DNA from: Glaucostegus cemiculus
Taxonomy: Eukaryota
NCBI GenBank assembly: GCA_976551045.1
Contig: CDPCPM010000029.1
Span: 33,666,001-33,730,000, forward strand
Length of the DNA: 64,000 bases
Reading direction: 5' to 3'
Of this stretch, positions 1 through 10,779 are shown piece by piece. The notes below the pieces were generated by a model. That model was given only the letters and a program-made list of their open reading frames with translations. It was not told the DNA's origin and searched no databases. Within the stretch, counting starts at the first letter, position 1. Every line of letters begins with the position of its first letter. The translations under genes were made by a program, and so were the position numbers.

Positions 1-98
1 TTCCCCACCCTCCCTTCCCTTTGGAGCAGACTCGATGGGCCGACTGGCCTGCTTCTGCTCCATTATCTTGTGATCTTGTGATCTTGTGATCTTGTGAT
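1..98 (+). mobile_element. 3' end of a CR1-type retroposon with (ATCTTGTG)4 tail
   Basis: GACTCGATGGGCCGA.TGGCCT stem-loop followed by a tandem 8-mer tail. Confidence 0.75.
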
Positions 99-1618
99 GA
101 TTAATAAATGTTGGGATAAGCACATCTGAAAAACAAATATTAAAATGATATCTGTATATTAAGGAGGATGTCCTCATAGTCTACATTCCCAAATATAAAC
201 AGAGGTGTTCCACCTATCCTCAAAATGCTCCATCGTATCTGATAATTTTGCATGCTCACTGAGTTGAACTGAGACACCTCCTGTGCTAAAGCATCAATTT
301 CTAGGATTCTAAAGTAGTGGAACTTCTTATATCTTGCTTCTTCCTTCTACCTACAAATCAAGCTTGGCACAGTCTGTTTCTTGGTTGATTAAGGTATTGT
401 AGATCAATCTAATGTTTCCTTAAGCTTGCTTTTCTTTCTTTGATGACATCCAGTACTTTGTACTTTGCCTCCACATCAAGGCGTCTGTATAAAAATAATA
501 GAGGTGCCTGCTCTGATCTGTGGTGGAGCTTTGCCATTGAATCATTTTCTTTTAACTGAGCATTGAATGAGTTAATTTTTTCAGTGCTGAGCTTATTATC
601 CATTGCAGCTTCCAGCTAGCATTTATTTTTTTACTGCACTGATGTAGAAGAAATGGAGATCATGTTTCTGTAGCTGTCATTTGCTGCTTACCAAGCAGTC
701 TGGCTCTTGTCAGTAATTTTTCAACTGCTCAGTGTAATGGAATTACAGTAGAGTTTAAGAAGCTGGACGGTGGGAGGGATTCTTATCCCAGTTGCATTCA
801 GAATTATGTCTAATCTTAACAAGGAGCTCGTCATTGTTTCTGAGGTGCCTTGAGCAGGTACAGTGCTGCTTTTGTTCAGAGCAGTTGCTGAGCTGAATAA
901 ACCTGTAGAAAAAGCCAACCTGAAGTACATGATTTCAGGGGCTTTTGTACTGATTACAGAACCCTTTCACCATGAGGCAGCTACAGGAATAATGAGTAGT
1001 TTGGGGCATAAATTTCCATAATTTTATTCCATGTACCCAATTAGGGAGACAGGAAATAATTAAAATACAGAGAAAATATTAAATGTTGAATTTTTCACAG
1101 AACATGAAAACATTACTTTTTATTTAATCTCTGAGTTCAAATGTATTTAATTATAACACACAAGCTTGTTTTCACATTTTCACTATGCAACTCATTTCTA
1201 AATATTGATATGAGAATATTTCCACATGCAGTCAGATTATGTGCAGTTTGCAAAGGTTAGGATGTGTTGATGTGATGCTCATTTGAAGGGCTGCAAATAT
1301 ATCTTAAATTCTCCCCTTCTCTAGAAACGAGGGAAAAATTGTAGAAACTTGCCATTTCAAATCTTATGCTGTACTGTAACTCTGCAACTCTTGTATCTTT
1401 GGAGGAGCTGAACAACCACTTTCAAGATTATTCTAACAAGATTATAATAAGAAACAGACATGTGTTAAAAGAGCCCAACAAGATATTTTTGCAGGAGCAA
1501 CTAACTGAGTGATGACTTCACAGTGATGTAAAAGAAATTACTTTAAAATAAATCAATCTTTTAACAAAGGAATCCTGCATCTTGAACCTCATGTTAATTT
1601 ATACTCTTTACATAATAT

Positions 1619-1682
1619 GAAAATGCATTCAAGAAATAAGCAGTTCTGTAGAAAATACATTCAAGAAATAAGCAGCTCTGTA
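1619..1682. repeat. 32-bp tandem duplication
   Basis: gaaaatgcattcaagaaataagcagttctgta / gaaaatacattcaagaaataagcagctctgta. Confidence 0.9.
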
Positions 1683-1719
1683 TAAAATCTGAGCATAATA
1701 TTTCTTTTGGTAAAATCTG

Positions 1720-1850
1720 GAGGGAGTTAATGGAAATGTGGGGAGAATAAAATGAGTCTAATATAGGATTAGCATAAGTGGGTGTTGATGGTAAGCAAAG
1801 GCTTAATGGACTGATGGGTCTGTTTCTATGCTGTACAATTCTTTGGCTCT
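1720..1850 (+). mobile_element. Degenerate SINE/CR1-type 3' tail
   Basis: GGGTGTTGATGG...TGGACTGATGGGTCTGTTTCTATGCTGTA resembles the other CR1-type tails in the window. Confidence 0.55.
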
Positions 1851-2264
1851 GTGATAGTCAATTATATGATTACCCTCCCTGCCCCCATCCATACAATACA
1901 TAGATTTAACTCCCCACAATGGGCAGTAACCTGATATTTCTCATCTACCAGGGTATAAGTTGCCTGTGTAGGTGTGATAGTCTAACACTTCACACATTGT
2001 ACACTGAGGAGCCCAAAGCTTAAATTTGGGCCAGACAGGGACATCCCAGTAGGGCTATATGACATTTGAAAATGTACTCAAATGAATTTCCATGCTGTAT
2101 TGCCTCCGCAAAATCTCAACCAACTAACAAAAGTGTAATCAGATGTCAATTTTCAGTCTCGAAGTCTCACCACAAGCTGGAAAATGAACTCTCTGCTCTT
2201 TTTACAAAACAAGTATCTGGCCAGAATGGAGGAATGAAAGGAAATAAGTATTAGTCGCAGAATT

Positions 2265-2342
2265 GTACCAGAGCAGGTTGGTGAGCTTGAAACTTGATAA
2301 ATCCCAAGGACCTAATGATCAACAGCCCAGAGTTTTGCAAGA
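2265..2342 (+). mobile_element. CR1 ORF2 fragment (DKSQGPNDQQPRVLQ)
   Basis: Matches the CR1 'KSPGPDxxHPRVLKE' motif; continues in the inverted block at 3696. Confidence 0.7.
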
Positions 2343-2424
2343 TAAGAACAGATCTTTATTAGTCACATGTACATCGAAGCACACAGTGAAATGCATATTT
2401 TGTGTAGTGTTCTGGGGGGCAGCC
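2343..2424 (-). mobile_element. V-SINE 3' tail, separated from its head at 3998-4163
   Basis: Near-identical to the tail of the complete SINE at 60167-60460. Confidence 0.85.
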
Positions 2425-2427
2425 CTC

Positions 2428-3696
2428 TAAATTGGAGAATTCCAACAATTCACTACCATCTGAGTAAAATAAAAAATCACTCCTAAACAGCCTTCTCCTT
2501 TTATTGAAACTCTGCCCCTGTGCTTGGATGCCTCAGCCAGGTTAACATCCTTCCAGCAGCCAGCCCGTCAATCCCTATAAGAATCTTGTAAATTTTAATG
2601 AGCTCTTCTTTCATTTCTCTGAACTCTAGAAAACACAGTTAGTCTCCCTTCATTCAGCAAATCCAGCACTCCACAAAACAGTCTCACTAAACCTTATTGT
2701 ACTCCCTCAAAGTAAGAACATCCTTACTTGGGTAAGGAGACCAAAACTCTGCAGAGTATGTGTCTCATAGTCTCATCAAGGCCCTATGCAAATGCAGTAA
2801 GACCTCCTTATTCCTGTATTCAAATTATCTTTTAATAAAGGTTAATATATCATTTACCTTCATAATCATTTGCTGCACCACAACAAGGGCTTTCAGAGTC
2901 TTGGTCCCTTTGAATATCAACATTACATAATCTCTCACTGTGTAAGTAAAAACTGTTTCTCTATTTCGTGCACCAAAGTGGATGATCTTGTCAGTTTTCC
3001 ACATTATATTCCATCTCACAGTTTGTCTACTTTCCCCTGAAGCCTCCTTACTTTCTCCTCCCTAGTTACATCCTCAATTTGGTATCATCAACAAACTCAG
3101 AAATATGACACTTGGCCCCCACAGCCAAATTGTTGACATAGACTGTGAATGGCTGGTGCCAAGTATCAGTCCCTGTAAATAATCTATTTATTCCCATTCT
3201 TTGCTTCCTGTCCAATAACCAATTCTCAATATTTATTAGTTTATTAGACCCAGTTCCATATATTCTAATCTTGTTGACCCTCTTCTTGTATGGGAACTTA
3301 TTGAAAGTCATTCAAAAATCTAAATACACCATATTCACTGGTTCTCCCTTAACTATTCTGTGAGTCACATCTTCAAAGAACTCGTGCAGATTAATCAGGT
3401 ATGATTTTTCTTTCATAAATCCACATTGACACTGCTGAATCCTATCAGTCTTTTAAAGGTGTTCTGTTATTACTGTGTTATGTATTCTGTTATTATGTAT
3501 TTCTGTTATCCTGTCTTTAGTATGGATCCCAGCGTTTTCCTTACCACTGATGTTAGACTCACAGGTCGGTAGTTCTCTGTTTTCTCTCTCTTAAATATTG
3601 GGGTCATATTTGCTACTTTCCAATCCACTGGAACAATTCCATGATTTGTAGAGTTTTGGAAGGTGATAATCAGACCATCCACTGTCTCACAGCCAA
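2428..3696 (-). mobile_element. Degenerate CR1 LINE RT / 3' region
   Basis: Frameshifted peptides VPVDWKVANMTP, IENWLLDRKQRMGIN, ISEFVDDTKL, IHFGARN. Confidence 0.88.
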
Positions 3697-3997
3697 TGTA
3701 GCGGTTAGTGTAACGATAGCGTAGCGGTTAGTGTAACGATAGCGTAGCGGTTAGTGCGACGCTGTCACAGCGCCAGCGATCGGGGTTCGATTCCCGTCGC
3801 TGTCTGTAAGGAGTTTGTATGTTCTCCTGTGTCTGCGTGGGTTTCCTCTGGGTGCTCCGGTTTCCTCCCACATTCTGAAAGACGTACGGGTAGGTTAATT
3901 TGGGGGTTAAAAATGGGCGGCGTGGACTCGGAGGGCCGAAAAGGCCTGTTACCATGCTGTAAATAAAATTTTTTTTAAAAATTTAATTTAATTTAAA
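3697..3997 (+). mobile_element. Young tRNA-derived V-domain SINE with CR1-type tail and triplicated A box
   Basis: 23-bp A-box units from 3698, B box GGTTCGATTCC at 3784-3794, V domain GTGTCTGCGTGGGTTTCCTC.GGGTGCTCCGGTTTCCTCCCACA; many CpGs retained. Confidence 0.9.
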
Positions 3998-4202
3998 GCG
4001 CCAGCGACCCAGGTTCAAGTCCCGCCACTGTCTGTAAAGAGTCTGTACGTTCTTCCTGTGTCTGCATGGGTTTCCTCTGGGTGCTCCAGTTTCCTCCCGC
4101 ATTCCAAAGACGTATAGTTTAGGAAGTTGTGGGCATGCTATGTTGGCACCGGAAGCGTGGTGACATGCTTCTGGTGCCAACATAGCATGGCCACAACTTC
4201 CT
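3998..4202 (+). mobile_element. V-SINE body lacking its head and tail, ending in an inverted duplication
   Basis: Aligns with the SINEs at 56163 and 59567 from AGCGCCAGCGACC onward. Confidence 0.88.
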
Positions 4203-4427
4203 CCAACTCTAATAATATCTTTTAAACATTGGAAGGCCTTTCATGCTTGCAATACTCAGTGACGAGCAAGATATATTAATCATGCATATGATTCTTCATC
4301 AAGTAAGCCAGAGTTCAGTAAAGGGTAAGGTTCAGAATGCAACTGTTAAGTAAGTATTTATTCTGCACCAACTGCCAGTTACCTCAATGGAAAGCCATCA
4401 TAAAAATCAGCTTCAGGAAGAAGCTGA

Positions 4428-4834
4428 TGTCATGATTCTGAGTACTGGCCCTTGATTTGGTTCCTTAGATGTCTCGTTGTACAGCACATGGATTCCATGC
4501 TGGACTGATTGCATAATGACACACCTGAGCCCCATCAGGGGCCTAGCATAAGTACCTGGCTTTCTCTAGCACTAGTTGCCAGAGGATTGGTCAACCTTGA
4601 AGATTCAGTTTGGTTCCTAGCTACTTAGAGTGGTCTACTCTAGAGCAGTCCTGTGTTTTCTAGTCCTGCTTGAAGATTCAGTTTGTGTTGGGATTACTAC
4701 TCAGATCTCTGAGGCAAGATTTCCTTCCAGTGTTGCCTGTGTCTGGTCCTGAGGAAGTATCCTGACTCTAGTCTTGTACCAGTGTACTGCATTTGGGTTC
4801 TCTGTGATCTTGCTCTTCAATCAACATTGTGACA
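4428..4834 (+). mobile_element. Solo LTR (Gypsy-like), 407 bp
   Basis: TGTCA...TGACA termini; exact 5-bp TSD GCTGA at 4423-4427 and 4835-4839; internal CACACCTG and TATA-like CATAAGTA. Confidence 0.85.
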
Positions 4835-5234
4835 GCTGAAAGTTACACATACTGAAGCTTTCACTGTGATTTAACTAACTAATCAAAAGTTCACTATCAG
4901 TGGTTTATGCCTGCACTTGGCTACTGTTTAAACTTTGAACTTTTAAAAAGTTACTAGGTTCTGAGTAGTTTATTTATTCTGAAAATCTCCTCTGTCCAAT
5001 ATGTTTATTTTAATAAGCTCAGTGTAATTTTAGTTGGACAATTTGAAGTGGCCATGTTTCTGAATTTCTCGTTTTTTATCTGTTCTGGATGAGATGCAAT
5101 TCACCAGCACCATTAGATGTATGTTACCTTGCCCAGTACCAGGAACTTTTACTTACATGTTAACTATGAGTGAGTAAAGTGGTTTGAGCAACATCCATCC
5201 ATGCTCACTTCCATAAATTGGGTGGCTTGTCATG

Positions 5235-5320
5235 CTGGAATTGCTCTTCAGATCAAACAGCATCTGTGGAGAATGAAGTAGTCACTGTTTCAGGTCAATA
5301 ATCTTTCATCAACTCTGATG
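5235..5320 (-). mobile_element. Penelope-like element terminal remnant
   Basis: GCTGGAA...CAGCATCTGTGGAGA...GTTTCAGGTC...TTCATCA motif shared with copies at 6225, 11680 and 60500. Confidence 0.5.
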
Positions 5321-5433
5321 GCGTAAACACAAAAGGGACTCGAGAAACCTCCATATAGAGCAGCTGTTACAATGCACAGAGAACTTTCTGCAATATGTGC
5401 TGATTGAGGCAATACATATAGTTGATTTTAAGG

Positions 5434-5955
5434 AGAATCAGTATCAGGTTTATTATCACTGACATACGTAGTGAAATTTGCTTTTTTGCAATAGCAATAC
5501 AGTGCAAGACATGAAAATTACTTCAAGTTGCAAAACTAAATAAATAGTGCAAAAGAGGAATAAAAAGGTAGTGTTCATAGGTTCATGGACCATTCAGAAA
5601 TCTGATGGTGGAGGGGAAGAAGCTGTTCCTAAAACATTGAATGCATGTCTTCAGGCTCCTGTACCTCCTCCCTGATGGTAGTAATGTGAAGGGGGCATGT
5701 CCGGGCGGTTTGGGTCCTTAATGATGGATGCCATCTTCTTGAGGCACCACCTCTTGAAGATGTCCTTGATGGCATGGAAGGTTGTGCCCATGATGGAGCT
5801 GGCTGAGTCTACAACCCTCTGAAGCTTCTTTCAATCCTGCACGTTGGAGCCTCCATACCAGGCTGTGATGCAACCAGTCAGAAAGCTCTCCACTGTACAT
5901 CTGTAGAAATTTGCAAGAGTCTTTAGTGACATACAAAATCTCCTTAAACTCCTAA
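5434..5955 (-). mobile_element. Rex1/Babar-like LINE 3' fragment
   Basis: Minus-strand peptide FYRCTVESFLTGCITAWYG...; 3' tail ...AATAAACCTGATACTGATTCT. Confidence 0.8.
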
Positions 5956-6224
5956 TGTAAATAAGTACATTATAGAGAAAAGTGTGGGCTGAAGGAAATA
6001 TATGAACATCAGGATTTCAGCAAATGAGCTGTTTCTCTGCAGTAGATTTGCATGATACCTATACTAAATGACTAATTTGAACCTGTTTCTGTTGTCCTTG
6101 GGCAGAAGGGCTAACATTGCAAAAACACTTGCCACAATTTTCCTTTAGTAAATTGGGCTTAGTAATGATTAGGTTTAATCCTGACTTTCTAACTGTGAGG
6201 AGTCAGAAAGTAAAACTAAAGTAA

Positions 6225-7280
6225 AAAAATGAAATTACAGGATATATTCAGAAGGTCAGGCGCCACCTGTGGAGAGAGAAATAGAATTAAAGTGTTGGGT
6301 TGAAGACCCTTCATCAGTACTGGGAAAATGAGAAAACAAGTTAGTTTTTGGTTGCAGAGAAGGTGGAGGAGGGACAAAGGGAATACCTCTGATAAGATGA
6401 AGGCAGAGTTGTAAAGGTAATTCAAAAGTTTATTGAATCATCTGGTTAATAGTTTGATGCAGGCAGTTAGAAAGAGAGAAAGCAAAGAAAGGGATGTGTT
6501 ACATGCTGGCCAGAGGTTCTGGTGAACCTCATAAAATCATAGAGTAATACAGCTTGGAAACTGGCCCTTCAGCCCAACTCATCCATGCTGACCAAGATGC
6601 CCATCTAAGCTAGTCCCATTTGCCTGCATTTGACCTGTTTCCCTCTCAGCCTTTTCTATCCATGTACCTGTCCAGGTGTCATTTAAATGTTTTTGTTGTA
6701 CCTGCTTCAACCACTTTCTCTGGCAGCTCATTCCATATACGCACCACTCCTTGAATGAAAAAGGTCCACCTCAGGTCCCTTATAGATCTTTCCCCTTCTC
6801 ACCTTAAATCTTGTCCTTTACTTTTACTTTAATCACATCATCAGAGAATCATAGAAATGAATGCCAGTGAAGGAGATCCAGTGGAGAATGCCAGTTTTAG
6901 GCCATCGTGTCCAGAAAATAAAATTAATCAAAACAGATGCTGTGATCCTTTTTTAGTAAACTGTACAATAGTGGCCTTCAAGAGGCTTTTAGATAGGCTC
7001 ATGAATATGCAGGGAATAAAGGGATATGGATCATGTGCAGGCAGAAGGAATTAATCTAATTTGGCACCATGGAGAATGTTGGAAATGTCCAGAAACACAG
7101 ACTGATAGAGTGGGGGTAAGATGGAGAATTGAAGTGACAAGCAACTGGAAACTTAAGGTCATCCTGAGGACTGAACAGAGCAGCTCCACAAAGTGAATCA
7201 CAAGATCTGTGTTTGGTTTCTTGTAAAGTGACCACATCATGAGCAAAACACACTGGAACAAATGCAAGGGCAATATAGCA
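6225..7280. mobile_element. Nested cluster: Penelope-like remnant interrupted by CR1 3' ends (6530-6815 minus, 6960-7070 plus)
   Basis: PLE-type terminus at 6230-6325; CR1 3' motifs GGCCCTTCAGCCCAAC and AFKRLLDRLM. Confidence 0.65.
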
Positions 7281-7689
7281 AACCAATACCTAAACTCTTT
7301 GGGTGTTGACACAAATACTGGTCTTATTATTTGTAGAATACTGTTCACTGGTCTGGTGCAATCACTCACATAAAAAAATTGTCTGTCGATGGGAATAGCT
7401 TTTCACCATTACCAAGGCGACCAGCTCCAACCAACAGCTTTCATCAAATATCAGGTGTGTTTTTTATATGTTTTTTATATGTTATAGAGTCATAGAGAAC
7501 AAAAACTGGCCGTCCAGTCCACCAAGTTTAAACACTTTTTTTGTTCTATGACTCTATAACATATAAGAATTATTCCCATCGACCAAAAGATTGCTGGTTG
7601 ATAGGTTAACTGGCCATTGTGAGGACATTAAAATGGCAGTGGTATAGCATTAATGTAAATGGGTGCTATACTACTGCCATTGTAATGTC

Positions 7690-8332
7690 ACAATGGGATG
7701 CTGGGGAAACCAGAGCAGGTGGAGGAAACCCAAGCAGTCACAGGGAGAACATGCAAACTCCACACAGCCAGCATTGAAGGTCACAGTTGAACATAGTGTT
7801 GGATTTGACCGTTTTAATTAGTTTTTTAATATGTATAGTGTTTAATACACCTCAAGTGGCTGCACAAGGAATGGCCACTTCCTAGTTTATTGGTTTGTCC
7901 ATCAGGTGAATATGTGTTTTCTCATTGGTTGGTTTAGCCACAAGTATCTAATAGGTTTCCTGATTGGACTATTGTTAGCTAAGGGGTATCTCTTATCTCA
8001 GGTATAAAAGGTGTCATTTTTTGTTAATCACTCTCTTGGTCGCTCCCCCTCCCCACACCCCCCCCCCCCCCACCGGCTCTAGCTCATCTTTACTTCCTTT
8101 TGTCTCGACTCACCTCCTAGTAGTAAAGTTAGTGCCATGTGCTCTGTGACTACTTCTTTGTTTTAAACGTTTCCAGTAAAACTCCAGTAAAACTTTGTGA
8201 AGCACCAAGTTGTTTTCAACTCATTCCTGGACTCCTGAAAGAGCCTGCAGATTCAAAAATAACCGGATCCAACACTAGGTTGCTGGGGCATTAGGGCAGC
8301 AGCTCCACTAGCTGTGCCACTGTGCTGTCCTT
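7690..8332 (-). mobile_element. Degenerate V-SINE (7690-7796 + 8275-8332) split by the LTR insertion
   Basis: V domain GGAGGAAACCCA.GCAGTCACAGGGAGAACATGCAAACTCCACACA to the left of the LTR; tRNA head to the right. Confidence 0.7.
7797..8274 (+). mobile_element. Solo LTR, 478 bp
   Basis: 8-bp terminal inverted repeats TGTTGGAT...ATCCAACA; 4-bp flanks ATAG/CTAG; ATTGG boxes, TATAAAA at 8003-8009, AGTAAA poly(A)-like signals. Confidence 0.82.
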
Positions 8333-8469
8333 CATGTTCTTCATAGCTACTGTATGAAGTTGTGCGCAACGCACAACTATCAATACACCCAGACATCAAA
8401 TATGTGCTGCCCAGCTGCCTTAAATCAGCAGAATTTTCTGGAATCATGCCCAAAAGATGTCAGCATCTG

Positions 8470-8700
8470 GTGTCTAGGCATTACTGGCAAGACCAGCATT
8501 TATTGTCCATTCTTAATTGCCGTTGAGAAAGCAGCAGTGAGCTACTACCTTCAGTCTCTGCAATCCTTCTGGGGAGGGTACCCACAATGTTGTTGGGCAG
8601 TGAATTCCAGGATTTAGACTTAGTGATGATAAAGGACCAGTAATATATTTCCAAATCAACTTGTTGTGCAGCTTGGAAGGAAAGTTATGGTGGAGCTACT
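8470..8700 (-). mobile_element. 3' end of a CR1/L2-group LINE
   Basis: Reverse-complement similarity to the 3' end at 49890-50090. Confidence 0.6.
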
Positions 8701-9139
8701 TCCTTCACAAGCAGAATGTGAATGAATCAGCCTAATGTGCATAAGCAATCTGCTTATCATGTAACCTATCACTATCCACCAAATGTTTACACAAAGGGAA
8801 CCAATGTTATGTATCTTGCAACTTCTCAATCCATCAAATGGTTAGTCATACTCAACATTAAGTTATAACACCTTGTCAGTTACTTTTCAAATGTCAAATC
8901 AATTTGAAAATCCTGGTACATTTCCACCACATTTCCTCTAAGGCCAATATATTCTTCCAATGTGCTGTGCAGAAACAGATTGCATCTGTCTAGACAGAAA
9001 AAAAACAGAGTCAATATTACAGAATATCAGAACTGGCTAATTCTGGCACAAACAGAAAAAGCAAGTTACATGAAATTTTTGAATTTGTTATTGATTTGGA
9101 AGACTGAAACCAGAAGAGGTAGCTGGGTGCATGGTTTGT

Positions 9140-9800
9140 GAGGTGCTTCTCTCCTTTCCCTACTTATGCAGGGCTTCTGTGTGCTCCTCATGCATGCATT
9201 TGAGATTCTTATTGCCAAATGCTCCTTCTCCACTTTGAACCGTCATGGGCCAGAGACTCCCGGGAGTTGGGTGTTGCATTTCTTCAAGGAGGCGTTGAGC
9301 ACACCTTTGACTCTTTTCCTCTGTCAGTCTTGGGAGCTCTTCCCATGCAAGACTTCAGAGTGTCAGTTTTGGGAGGCAAGTAAATTATGAGGCCTGCCCA
9401 ATTTAGCTAACTGATTGTAATTGGGGTCTCAGTGTTGGTGGAGGACACTGAAAATGGTTTACTTATCCCTGCAGTGAATTTAGATGATTTTGGGATCTCT
9501 CGAGGGCCTTGAGGTCCCTGCTGTAAATAGTCCAGGTCACAGAGTCCTACAGTGGATGTTTTTTTACTCCAGTGTAAGGTCTTGCTCTTCAAATACTCTT
9601 TTCCTCAATCAAACAATGACTGTGCTGGCACATTGAAGGCAGTGGTGAATTTCATCATTAATATCTCCCTTCACTTAGAGGTGGCTCCCGAGATATGGGA
9701 TGTAGTCCACATTCTCCAAGGTCTCACTGTGTGCTTTTATAGTCAGTAGGCAGTGTGGTACAGCAGGGTCAGGTTGGTTGTGGACTTCTGTCTTAAGAAT
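9140..9800 (-). mobile_element. Degenerate RTE-clade LINE fragment (probably resumes at ~10340-10600)
   Basis: Peptide IKAHSETLENVDYIPYLGSHL typical of RTE ORF2. Confidence 0.7.
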
Positions 9801-9839
9801 ATTTGAGTGCAAGGCCCATCCTCCCTTATGCTTCCTTAT

Positions 9840-10335
9840 CAACAATGGAGTATTGTTTGCAATTCTGGTCACCTCATTACAGGAAGGATGTAGAGACTTT
9901 GGAAAGGGTACATAAGAGGTCTACCAGGATGCTGTCTGGATTAGAGGGTATGAGCTATATGGTGAGGTTGGACAAAGTTGGATTGTTTTCTCTGGAACAT
10001 CGGAAACTAAGGGGAGACCTGATAGAGTTTTATAAAATTATGAGAGGCAGTCAGAATCTTTATCCTTGGGTAGAAGTGCCAAATACTAGAAGACACGCAT
10101 TTAAGGTGAGAGCAGGAAAGTTTAAAGGAGGTGTGCAGGCAAGATTCTTTACACACAGAATGGTAGGTGCTTGGAATGGGCTGCTAGGGTAGTGGTGGAA
10201 TCAGATGAAGTCTTGGCATTTAAGAGGGTTTTAGACAGACACAAGCAGAAGAGAATTCGTTTAAGTTGGTATCATATTCAGCACAGCTATTGTGGACCAA
10301 AGGGCCTGTTCCTGTGCTGTTCTATGTTCTATATA
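9840..10335 (+). mobile_element. CR1 LINE 3' fragment
   Basis: EYCLQFWSPHYRKDVETLERV...LRGDLIEFYKIM; tail ...CTGTTCTATGTTCTAT. Confidence 0.92.
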
Positions 10336-10779
10336 ATGGCCTGGAGTTCATCCTCTGAGCAAGTACAGATGGCAATCAGGTTCTTTATGATTTGACCAGC
10401 TTAATCAGTGGTGGTGCTACCAAGCCAATGCAGGGATGGCCATTAATGTCCCTTCATGCAGAGTACGTTCTGGGCTCTTGCCACCCTCTGAACTTCTTCC
10501 ATGTGATGTTCAACATGAAGGAAAACTGCTTCATCAGTTGACTGAAGACATTTGGTGCCAATCAGCATGAGGTTTCTTTGCTAATGTTTGACACAATGTC
10601 ATGAGTCTTCATAAGATCTGAACCTAATACAGAAGACTCCAGTGATACTCCTTCCCAACTATATACCACAATGCTGCCATTCATTCTGGGCCAGTCCTGA
10701 TATTGGGGCAGGACGTAACTGAGCATCATGCAGAAGGAAATTTCGGCATTGGTTAAAATGTATAATTATGCCATTGCTA

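Noticed and set aside
409-603. 64-aa ORF MDNKLSTEK... as a small gene
   Set aside because: No recognisable domain, an in-frame stop five codons upstream and no supporting exon structure.
3698-3800. tRNA gene or mini-CRISPR at the 23-bp tandem repeat with A/B boxes
   Set aside because: Repeats are head-to-tail with no spacers, and the A/B boxes run straight into a SINE V domain without a complete cloverleaf.
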